Assembly: GCF_964204645.1 (NCBI RefSeq)
Contig: NC_134027.1
Location: 6,542,485 to 6,606,484 of the forward strand
Reading direction: 5' to 3'
DNA length: 64,000 nucleotides
Origin: Tubulanus polymorphus
Lineage: Eukaryota > Animalia > Nemertea
In this document: positions 1 to 10,884 of the stretch, piece by piece
Position numbering within the stretch: position 1 is the first letter of the stretch
Layout of the letters: every line of letters starts with the position of its first letter
The notes under the pieces: model-generated
Databases searched by the model: none
What the model was told of the DNA's origin: nothing
The model's input: only the letters and a program-made list of their open reading frames with translations
Position numbers and translations under genes: made by a program

Positions 1-384
1 CAACTTTTCTCGATTCAAACAATATAATTAGTGAAGCACAGGCCGGATTTACACCAAAATATTCTACTACTGACCATATTTATGCGTTGAAAACAATCGT
101 CGAATTGTACTTATGCAAAGGAAGGAGACTTTTTTGCGCCTTTGTAGATTTTAAGAAGGCTTTCGAAGGTTTGCCGGGTTACATTATGGAGAAAATTGAT
201 AGAGGGTATCATTACGGGGAATTTTTTTAACGTAGTTAAAAATATCTATAATTCGGTGAAATCATGTGTTAAATCTAACGGTAACACATCACAATATTTT
301 GCTGCTGATAGAGGTTTTAGACAAGGTGAAAATTTATCACCTATCCTATTTCCCCTATTCTTAAACGACATTGAAGACTTTTAA
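1..384 (+). mobile_element. Degenerate non-LTR retrotransposon (LINE, RTE-X/CR1-like) reverse transcriptase fragment
   Basis: Frame 3 reads EAQAGF..STTDHIYALKTIVE..LFCAFVDFKKAF. After a frameshift, frame 1 reads LWRKL..IYNSVKSCV..RGFRQGENLSPILF..LNDIE. These are LINE RT motifs; the fragment stops before YADD. Confidence 0.9.
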
Positions 385-1667
385 GTCACCCACATTTCAA
401 TGCATTTTGCCTTTGAAGTAGGTAACACTAGCACCACTCACGGCGGTGGCTAACATTAAAATCATCTGAATAGAAGTATTCCGCCAATTTTTATCCAATG
501 AAAAAGGTTCCGACTGTGTTGGAGCGAACAAAAAAGCACTATCGGAGGAGCGTTGTTAAAAGGCGAAATTGAAGACTGTGAATAATTTGATTTTAATTAG
601 TGCGCAATAAGAATAAAATGTTTTGAATTGCGGAATTTAGGAAAAATAAAAGATGTTAAATTATATTTGAATGGTCTTGGCTTTACCAAAAACCTTAGTG
701 ACTGTTGTACCACTGTTCACTAGGATCGCCGGTAGAGCGACGGAGATCACTGTGGAGACAACCACTGCCGGGGCTGGGTGAAGGTCTTGGCATACGATGC
801 CAAATGCCATATGCCAAATGCCATACCATGCCAGGTTAAGAACTAATCCAAAAATTTTTTAATTTTGATCGTTAACGATAGCGATTTTGACGCGTCAAAT
901 GAACATTGAATTCTGACAGTATATCTGCGATAGCGATTTGTTCTTTGACGGTATATCCGAGATCGAATTTGACGAGTCAATTACAGGAATTCTAGATTGA
1001 AAGGTTAGATTTGAATGAAATATCGAGATATATTTAAAATTAATCACCCTTTTCAGTTTTTGCTGATTATTGTCCATTTACAAGATTTTCCTCGTATATG
1101 TTTGTCACCAAAAATATATTTCAATGTATCTTTGTTGTCACGTATTTGTTGTAGCGAAAACGTCGGCATGTGATTTTATGGTTCGGTCGATGCTTTTGGA
1201 GTCGTTGAAAAATAGCACAGTCGAATCCCCTCCCTCTAATCGAAACAAAAACACGATTTCTATTTTGAAAAAATCTTACTTTATTCGCCTACAAATGCAT
1301 ATTGCTTCATTTCTATGATAGGAGTAAGTAATCGGAAAATATTTACGCAATTCTAATTATTGCAATCGACGTATTTTTAAGCAAGGAAGACGGTGCGCTA
1401 TTCATCACAGGTCATTAATGTATAAACTGTGGAGTTCATATATACGTCCATGTTATCACAGGTATTACAAATATAAAAGCCGCCAAAGATCACAGTGTAA
1501 ACTAAAAGAGAGAAAAATCATTGAGTTTCTTTTTCATAAATCACTTATGTACTTTTGTTTAATCGTCAATTCTTTATGAGATGAAGTATCAACAGATAGA
1601 CAAATCATGTCTTTAATGGCATCAAGTGAAGTTCCTAAAAAATATTATCACAAATCACTGAAAATAA

Positions 1668-1670
<3 letters not shown>

Positions 1671-1760
<90 letters not shown>
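1671..1760. repeat. (AT)n microsatellite, about 45 units
   Basis: Pure AT run just past the stop codon of the minus-strand gene. Confidence 0.97.
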
Positions 1761-1762
<2 letters not shown>

Positions 1763-1776
1763 AATATATCCACACG

Positions 1777-4700
1777 TCAAACGTTGAACCCGTGTTCGCT
1801 TATGAATTTCTCAAAATGTTCATTCTCCAATATAGTCATTACTTTATTTAGTGCGTATATCTAAAATGAAAATGAGAGAATCATGAGAGAATGTTCGGAT
1901 CATGAAAAAGAAGCCTTCGATCATCGATGCTTTTCGCAATTACAATCAATTACCTCTTGTCGCTGTCGTAATCTTTGTTGTCGACTGAGTTCCTTCGCTT
2001 GGGTACTTTCCAATTTTAGCTTTTCCTCCTTTTGTTTATGGAATTTTTTCTTTTCTTGTTTCTCGATGTTTTCTAGTTTAGCTTTCAACGACCTCTGTGC
2101 CTACAGGAACAAGCGAAAACTATCAAAATATTCTATACATATGCAGTTACGGGACGTCGAAGAATCGGTGAGCCATGTACCGGTATACAGAAAAAAAAAC
2201 AGCAAAAGAATCTTCGTTATTCCTGTTCCTTTCAAAGTTCTGTGCAAGGGCGGATCCAAGGAAGGACCCGGTGGACAAGCGCCCTCAAATTTTTAGGAAA
2301 CATTTGTTTTTCATCTTATCATGAACGAGCCACAGAGAACCACAAAATTTCCAAAAATTTGACCCTCAGACACCTTTTTGGCGTTCGCCAAGTCTGAGTG
2401 CCCCTCGCGATTACCCTTCCAAAAATCCAGGCTCTGACCTGATGGCATTAAAAAAGCAAAAAGTTCATTAACAACAATCTCCTAAAAAGCTGTATATAAT
2501 CACTACCTCTCGAGCAATAACTGTTAACAGTATTTCTTTATTCAAATAGATTTCAGGCTGAATTGATTCGTTCACTGTTTCACGTCTTTCAACCTTAATA
2601 TTTTCCTTCAACAGCGGCTGATCGTTATTTACAGAATCCCCGCTATCGTCATAAACGATGTTTAAATGATCATCGTTTTCAACCAGCAGAGAAACGACTA
2701 TCGTACTGTCGTCAGGCTTCACAAATATGCGATGTGAATTCCGATAATTTTCGCAACTTTGACCTCCACCCATAACAACATCACTACGACATTATGATAT
2801 GTCCTCGCAAAAATAAATTCCATCGATTTAAGTCGATCTGAAGTCGTCGCTTCTTTGATTTGAATTTACCAAATAACAGAAAAAAATCATTTTTAAAAGT
2901 AGAGAAATCACTTCATCGACCATACAGCCAACTCTTCGTACTATGAGTATGTGTTAGCTTAGTTCTCGGGCCCTAAATCGGTAAACGAAATTTCAGTACC
3001 GGGGTAATACATATTTGTATTGTGTATAGGCAAAGCTTTTGACTAGAAGTGAGTTGCATGAAAAGAAAACCGGTTCATACATATTTGTATGAACAACAAA
3101 TTTGCTGATGGGTTGATTCCAATGGATAACAAAAACAATACACCGCTCCAATTCATGTTGGATAACCACAACCGCAGAAAATCTTCCAAACATTCATGTG
3201 ATATCAGTCATCTAACTCACTCAGTCACGTTGTTTGATACGTCAAGTTACTCATGTGAATAGTTTCTGATACGTGTACAAGCATTTATTTATTCATGTTT
3301 ATTAATTACCTTCACATCTGTCATACTTGGAATGTATTCATACTTCTTACTGATAACTGTGATTTGAAACAAAAACATCTTTGGTACAAAATTGAAAAAT
3401 AGAATTGTAAAAAGTTCATTCATCTTTCTTTCATAGAAAAACTTACATGGTGTTGGCGTAGACGGCGGGGCACATGGATGATCCATTCCGCAAACGTTGA
3501 TGACGCCGGATTGTTTATCCGACATATAGACTTTAACAGAACTGTGAGGGCCATTGAGGATATCGGAGTTTACTAGTTTCAGCAACAGCGGAGACGTTAA
3601 TGTCGCCATCGGTGTCGTGCCGGTTTTCACAACAGGAGATTGCAATTTCGACGAATTATACGCATTATGCAAAATCTGTTTAATTCTACCCGGTTTAAAA
3701 ACGCTGCATTTCTCGACGACGGCGGGAACATTTTTAACTTGTAATTTTATCGACGTAGTTGGTAGCTTACCATACGCGTGAATCGCGCTTACCAGTGAGT
3801 TCGTTTTAACAGAAGAAATTAGCGGTGCACTTTTATTCGAGTGATGAACAGATTTATTTGAAGCGGATTTATCCGTGGTTTCCCTAACGATCGCTTTTAT
3901 TGGTTTGCAGTTTATCATTATTTCCGATTGCCGTTCGTCCAAATGCGGTTGTTGTTGTTTATTGTTTTTATATGCGGCTGATTTAGAACGTAGTTTTGCG
4001 CTGTTTCGTATTTTCTTCGACCATTTACTAGGATGAGTACTCTTTTTTCGGCGGCTTCGTTTACGGCTAAGTTGGCACTGTTTATGCTCCTGATTCAAAT
4101 CTAAATCTAAACAAATGACAAAATTACAATTGGAGCGTTGGATTCTTGTTGGCTTGTAGCGCGGGTGGGTTCGATATTATTTGATCGAAAATACATCCGA
4201 TGAGTCCCTTTAATTATGATTATCAAATTGTACTTTGACAGCTGGATATCGAGTAGGAGTCATTGATAAACGGATTAAAAATAATAACCTGATTGTCTGG
4301 ATAAACTACAGACAAATCGAAAGATCTTTTTGCCTAGAGGGACCACACATTATAAATGATAAATTAGTCTTAGTTTCAGAAGTAGATAATTTCTATGCAA
4401 ATCAAAGGAAAGGACATTTAGATTATCGTGTACATACCATCAATATCCCCTAAAAACCGACCACCAGTGTCAGTTGTTTCCACTTTCCCCCCTACAGTAA
4501 GCCCATTATTTTCGCTGAGCTGTGGTAAAACTTCAACTTCCTCGTGGTAGATCTCTTTTTCTTGTATATTTACACCGCTATTTGATTCATCCAATTTCAG
4601 CTCACTCAAACTCTTACAAGTCGTCAAGCTGTTTGATTTATTAACTTTTGGTAAAAAGCCTCCTAAATCCTTTTCCGTCTCACTAGACTCAACCGTGCCT

Positions 4701-4822
4701 TCGGAAATAAATTCATTCTCTGCCTTGTTGACAACATCAACTTTATTGATGTATTCTATAATTTCATTGATTTCTTCATTCAGATTGAATGTATTCATTC
4801 GCTGGACCATTTTGATTGTCAT
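1777..4822 (-). CDS. 432-aa protein with C-terminal coiled coil and SVBP/CCDC23 (small vasohibin-binding protein)-like motif
   Basis: Exons 4822-4462, 4106-3447, 3356-3310, 2100-1954, 1860-1777; all GT-AG, phases 1,1,0,0; 1299 nt in frame. C-terminus [24 protein letters not shown] resembles human SVBP [24 protein letters not shown] (recalled). Probable 5'UTR exon donor near 5174. Confidence 0.75.
2245..2441. mobile_element. Degenerate non-autonomous DNA transposon remnant
   Basis: Begins CAAGGGCGGATCCAAGG and ends with decayed complement AAATCCAGGCTCTGACCTG. GC-rich island inside an AT-rich intron. Confidence 0.35.
2507..2773 (-). CDS. Possible alternative first coding exon of the SVBP-motif gene (starts MGGGQS)
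   Basis: 89 open codons from ATG 2773 (in-frame stop just upstream) to GAG|GTAGTG at 2507. Phase 0, compatible with the acceptor at 2100. Confidence 0.4.
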
Positions 4823-5526
4823 TTTCAGAAAAAAATCAACCTAGAAAATAGTTACTGGTAAGTTACTCAATACATGCATACCCGGTACGGTAGGCCTACT
4901 CATCATAGCCTGCCACACATCTGTTAAGGGTAAATAGTAAAGGGCGTTTCTAGAATATATATGAAAAGAAAGCACATCATCAAATTATTCTACTAAATAT
5001 ATGAGTTCATGACTGTTTCCCGTCGTAGTAAAACGCAGACACGTCAGTTGAGTCGCGTGTAGGTTACTCGGGGTTAGTCGAGTAGGCTACACACAGCACT
5101 CTGCAGTGTTGTTGACAACCGGATATAACTCTCTGAATTCCCGTTTTTATGGAAAGTAACAACCACAATTTACCTGAAAATATTTCCATACTCAGACAAA
5201 GATATCATAGTACCACGAAACCATTAAGACCCTCAGGGAAATGGTGTTTAAAACGCAATAAATTCGATTGACATCAGTTGTTTGTTTGTTTACATCGCAC
5301 TCAAGATTGTAGAAATGTACATCAGCGAACTCGGGTAGCTCATTAGGCAATATAAAATTGAAACGGACCGCATAGCTGTACTGAAACGCTAGTTTTGCGT
5401 GACAAGTTCAATGGTATCGTACGTATCGTATTTTGCAGTTTCCTTTAAGAAAGATTTGAAAAATTCCTTCTAACAGATTCCTTGTGGTTGAGCCCATCGA
5501 TCTGGCCGGACGAGTATTTGACAATC

Positions 5527-5733
5527 AAGAGTAGCTCAGTGAGATAAGGCGTGATGTCGCATCCACTATCAGTGCTGGGTGACAAGTGGGTTCGAGTCCT
5601 GCTGGCTACTTACAGTGTGCGCGGGCAACACTTCAAAGGCCGTCCGTTGTGAGGTTAAATGAATAATCCAATAGGGTTAGTCTTGGGAAACCAAGATCCA
5701 AGCGACGTAAAGCCAAAACAAACAAACAAACAA
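5527..5733 (+). mobile_element. tRNA-derived SINE
   Basis: A box TAGCTCAGTGAG at 5532, B box GGTTCGAGTCC near 5589, body, then 3' end GACGTAAAGCC followed by a (CAAA)n tail. Confidence 0.8.
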
Positions 5734-6399
5734 TTAGAACCGCACGGAACCATTACTTGTTTTTATTATCTCTCTCTTCGCTTGGTCAAGACACTACTCA
5801 CTTGGAGGCTCACCGTCTGATAATGGAATCGTATTTTTGAATTGGCAATACTTATCATTTTCAGGTTTTGGAAACTCCCGTGCATGCTGACTAATTAGTG
5901 GAGTTGTGCAGCGAGTTGGGCATGTTGAAACTATTTTCAATGATAACAACTGACATTCGAATGTGTGCCAAAATTAAAATTCTCTTCCTTCGGTGTCTGT
6001 TTTTTTGTTTCCGAATGATCATTATTATTCCTATTTCCCGCCCTATTCGGCTCAAAAGGTCACGGAAACATTAAATCAATCAACTAATCGTTTTTCTTTA
6101 TATCACACGATGCTGACAAACCCGCATGTACGCAAGCTTATCAGGCACGCGGATACCCGTGTCTGATCGTGAAGCATTAACAACACGTGCTACGTATAGT
6201 ACACGATCTATTAGTTTTACCACACACTACACATGCACACAGATAGACGCTGCTGGTGATCCCTGTATCTTTGGGAAGGGTTTTATCTCTCAGACTTCAT
6301 CGGTACATCTAAGTTTCAAATGTGGTCATGTATATCAGCAGACTGTAATTGGGTAGGATCGATCAGTGGCACACTGTTGTATTGCCAATCGAATTCCAG

Positions 6400-6484
6400 A
6401 TGATCGGAAATGGATTTGTATTAGACAGTGAAGAGGATGCTGAGGAAATACCACAAATGAATGGGCATGGATCTTCTGGCCAAG
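6400..6484 (+). CDS. Upstream coding exon of carbonic anhydrase (N-terminally extended isoform)
   Basis: MIGNGFVLDSEEDAEEIPQMNGHGSSGQ, then G|GTTAGT (phase 1). Joins the acceptor at 10835 in frame: [22 protein letters not shown]. Confidence 0.6.
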
Positions 6485-6513
6485 GTTAGTGCTCACTGTG
6501 TAGTACCTACCCC

Positions 6514-6576
6514 TAGTCTGAATACCAGTCGTTGTTACCGGTTCCGTTTGTGGAATGACGGCTAGGTACTAGGCTA
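6514..6576. mobile_element. 63-bp hairpin mini-MITE, copy 1
   Basis: TAGTCTGAATACCAGTCGTT...GACGGCTAGGTACTAGGCTA; near-identical copy at 8677-8740. Flanks TACCTACCCC / TTCCTTCCCC. Confidence 0.7.
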
Positions 6577-7779
6577 TTCCTTCCCCATATTTTACGCGAA
6601 GTAAAAATTCAATTCGTGTACATTTTCTCTGTCCTATTGTTTAATGACTTTTGTCAACCAGTTCACACTTCAGTTTAGGTCATATTGAAACTCGAGGATC
6701 CTGGTGTAGGTCAAGATGTGCTGTCAAGAAACGTTCTTTCAGTACTTGAACACCTTAGAACTGACATACATGAGCTGTAAATGTCAACAAGCGTTCCGTT
6801 AAAAAAAACCTAGAGGGTTCTAGGATCCAGAAAAGAGATCAGTCGAGATTTATTTCAGATTTTATATCTAACTTCGTCATATATTTGATTCTTCTAATCT
6901 AAGTATACACATTAGGATCATATGATTATATACCATTGTACACGGGTTCAACAACATCATACAGCCTTGTCTTCTGACTAGGACTATTCATCACAGCCGT
7001 TGCAATGACGTCACGCATGGAGATAATGTCGTCTACAGCCGCTGCGATCATCGATATCGAGCGTGCATGTGCGAAGCATTTCGATGCTTGGCGATGACAA
7101 ATGTTATTCACCCCTACCTCGATCATTCTTAGTAGGGGGTATTTATGTGCCGTTAAAAGATGTCCATACCCATCTGAAATTCAAACAAATGATGATGCAA
7201 CAACGCAATACATATGTCAAGTGAAGCGAATGCCAATTAAAGCTTTCAAGTCAAAAGGCAGTTGAAGTCTTAAAGGATATCAACCCCATTTCTGTAGTGT
7301 TTTCCACATGTTCTATCTAAATGGATGTTAATAAACTGTTCCGTTGACTTGCATGTAATATTTTTGTAATAATACCAATTCGAGTCGCTTTTCATCATTT
7401 TCCAAACCTTTAGATCATCAAATGAAATGAAAAAACAATGCTGGTGTATATTCTCTACATGTAATTTATGGGTTGAGTTTTTTCCATGGATTACACGTTG
7501 CCCGACTGATATTAAAAAAATGTTCGGCGTCATCTGTCATCAGCAATTCGAATCCCACTCCCTCTGGTACGTCCGTGCTCTGATGTTCGAATTATAACAT
7601 CCTATTTCGAACGCGGAAGTCTTTTTGTCAAATTTTTTTAGAGGGAAGGCATGACATATTTCAAGTTATCGAGTGGTTTACCAACCATTGTTTGTTGGAA
7701 TTGTATCGAGAGTTATTGATACACATAGATATCGAATATTTCCCAGGTTTATGCGCGAACCTCCCCTGTGAATTTGCAG

Positions 7780-7830
7780 AGTAAAATACAGCGCGCTCTC
7801 AGACACATCGCTGCGCGTTTTATTCAGTAG
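7780..7830 (+). promoter_or_regulatory. Candidate non-coding first exon/promoter of carbonic anhydrase (short isoform)
   Basis: CpG-rich patch ending in a consensus donor AG|GTAAGT at 7830/7831. ETS-like CGGAAGT upstream near 7614. Confidence 0.4.
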
Positions 7831-8676
7831 GTAAGTTAAATAAATGCGAATTTTCATGCGAATTTTTGAATTTTGTTTTCTTTAAATTTTTCTCAGTGAC
7901 AAGAAAACTTGATAACGGAATTATAACAGGGTCTCTTGATATTGGTTATAAGATTTTATCGGTTCAGTTCCATAGTTGTGAATTCGATTTTACATAAAAA
8001 ATACGTTCTATATTTTGAGTTATGTTATTACATCATCCAGACAAATTTAACTCAACTTAACTTTAAATTTCCGAGGTGCTTTTTCAGTTTTTTTTTTCAT
8101 CATCTTATTATTCGTATCTTAGTGATTATTTGGAAGACTTCGTCCTCACGCGATATACAGTATTACTAACTCTTCAAACATTATTTATCTGGAAGTGTTA
8201 TATGATAATACCGATAACAAATATAATACACGTGTATACGGATCGAGTATAATAACTTTTGAAGTTGCTGGATTTTGAGTTACTACAAGGTTTAGGTTAG
8301 TTTTTCCTCATTTGTGACTTGCTAACTTATTTTTGACGACTTATATTTCATCCGATAGACAGAGGAATTCTTTATCAACGTGTTTTGTCTTTACAATATT
8401 GATTTGGAATTAATTTTGAATAGGAACATTTCGACACTCGGCCCGCTGGGCCTATAAGTCACCTAAAGGGTTGACAGTTGGTCGCCTTCTACTGAACAGA
8501 AGATTTATATGTTAGAATAGTTTTTATCTCGTTTACTTATTACTTGAATTTGCTTCCGTTTTCGGAAATTTGATGTCATCATAGAAGTGTAAGCTGTAAT
8601 GATGTGATGTATGGTGATGTATATCGTCGTCGAGAGAGCCGATTTAAAGTATTTTTTTCTGTGGCTCAAGGACGGC

Positions 8677-8740
8677 TAGTGTGAATACCAGTCGTTGTTA
8701 CGGGTTGTTGTTTGAGGAACAACGGCTAGGTACTAGACTA
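8677..8740. mobile_element. 64-bp hairpin mini-MITE, copy 2
   Basis: Homologous to 6514-6576. Flanked by AAGGACGGC / AAGGACGCC (9-bp TSD, 1 mismatch). Confidence 0.75.
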
Positions 8741-10884
8741 AAGGACGCCGTCTTCGTGCTTCTAACTGCAGCTATAACCTCATTGAAATGATTACATGGA
8801 AATACGTTTTGCTTTATTTGTCAATTGGAGAAAGTTTTTTTATTCATAAATTACCTTTTTCGCGTTCCCATAAAATGTAAACACGAAAGAAACGGAACAT
8901 TATTTCGTACTCGTGTTTTTTACGCTGACGTTTGCATTATGTAAATTGTAAATATCTTGTTCGACATGCGGTTATCAATTAAACAGTTACTGCGGGTTAC
9001 CTTCGTAAAACTTATTAATCATTGCTGACGAAAAAGCAATTATTCCACTAGACTTGCGCGGAACAACTAAAATGGTAACGATGAATTGTTTTCTGTAAAA
9101 AATAGATGCTCTGAGAGTAATTTGCTTCAGCACTAGCAAACTCCATTAATATTTCATGGACACGTACTGCTCTTGACTTTTTGGTCAAGGACCAATGTAG
9201 TGCTTTAAGCCGATAAACGCGCTGCTTACAAGCACGTTTGAACCCGCGGAACGGACTAAGACGGCACAACGTGGAATTCTATGCGCGATGACGAACAAGG
9301 CTTGTTAATATGATATTTATACCCTACTTGTCAAGGGCGCAGCTGGCGCCCCCTTTTGATCAAGTACCCTTTGATTTTTTTTAGATAAAACAGATTTTTT
9401 AAATTCTTTTTCTAATTTTGCTTTTGAAATTCTTTTTCTACAATGGAGTTAATACAATTGACCTACAATAGAGTTAATACAATTGACTCTATTGTGAGGA
9501 TTATGAAAAATATGCCATCAAATGACTAACACCGAAACGAACAAACACAGGTTCTAAAACAGTACTGAAATGAAATACATAGCGCCAGCACGATGCATCA
9601 GTGGGCCACGGACTCTCCGGCTCAATAGCATGTCCGCAAAATTGACTTTCGCAACACTCCACCTAGAATAAGCGTATAATAAGTACATATTGACGTTTGA
9701 AAGTATACCGTTACCCGAAGTGTAGATTGGTGTGATGCGTACACATATATAATGCATGAATTAATTAGTTAATTTCCTTTTGATGCGTGTGTATATTTTA
9801 TTCTTCGCATCGTAATCGTAGATAGATCGTATCGGCTGATAGGCAATGGGTAATATATTATTACGATGCCAGTTGACGATCATCGATGTTTCTTTTTTTT
9901 GGCAATGGTTTGTCGTTCCCGTAAAACGTAGAACTGTGTGACTTTCACGCGTTTCTCATTGACAAATTTGATTAAAAGACATTTAACATTGGTAATTGGA
10001 ACTGAGCTTAATGCAAAAAAATCTACGATGCAGTGAAAGGCATTTGATTTTAATTTGAAAATCATTCTCATTGAAATGATTATGAAACGAACTGCAATTT
10101 AATCACTGTTATAGCTTTTAAACAGGTACGAATTTTGTTTTGATTAATTTTGATTATAATTTATTTTGAAATGATTTTATTAGACATGAAGTTGTTTATA
10201 TCCATTAGGTCCATGCTTAGGATTTTTTTTGTATAGTGCTTTCCGGTTTTTTTTACTTAATGAATGAGAAATTGCACGAAAATACAAAATTACAAAATTA
10301 CGTGAATGATTTTCTGGCAGCAGTTTAGTTAATAAGCGATTATTACGTACTTTCGATGATAGATTGGTTTGCGAAACAACTCACACCATTTTCTTGGATT
10401 CTTGCGAGCGCGTTAAGATGAGATGAGTGTTTGCACATTTCTTATGTAGTACGCGTCGCAAATCTAACTTTATGATGCGGCTCATTTTGCTTGTTCACTC
10501 GGAGAGATAACGCCATTGTATGCACCACATTCACACGTTACTCCTGTAATCGACTTAAAAAATTAAATGGAATGCTGGAAAAGAATGTTTTTTCCCCAGA
10601 TAAAGGAGAACATTAGGAGAGTTTCTCAAATTGATACGATTGGGGAAACCGGGCGCTCATTACCAGCCGCGCGATTATTCGATTATTGAAGAGCAATTAG
10701 GAGCCGTGGTGTATTTCAAGATGGCTTGTTAGACGTATTCTGAATCCTGAATTACAGATATTCATTATCCGCACATTACGACGTTTGCTCGTTCTCCTCT
10801 AATGTTATTTTTATCTGAATTTTCTTTTCTATAGAGGAATCACCAGTCGTAAACGGAAGCCAAAGTGTAGATAAGATAGCAAAA

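Noticed and set aside
1607-2296. Plus-strand ORFs (IYIYIY ORF and 137-aa ORF)
   Set aside because: Microsatellite translation and antisense shadows of the minus-strand exons.
5527-5612. tRNA gene
   Set aside because: A and B boxes are present, but there is no cloverleaf or acceptor stem, and a SINE body with a (CAAA)n tail follows.
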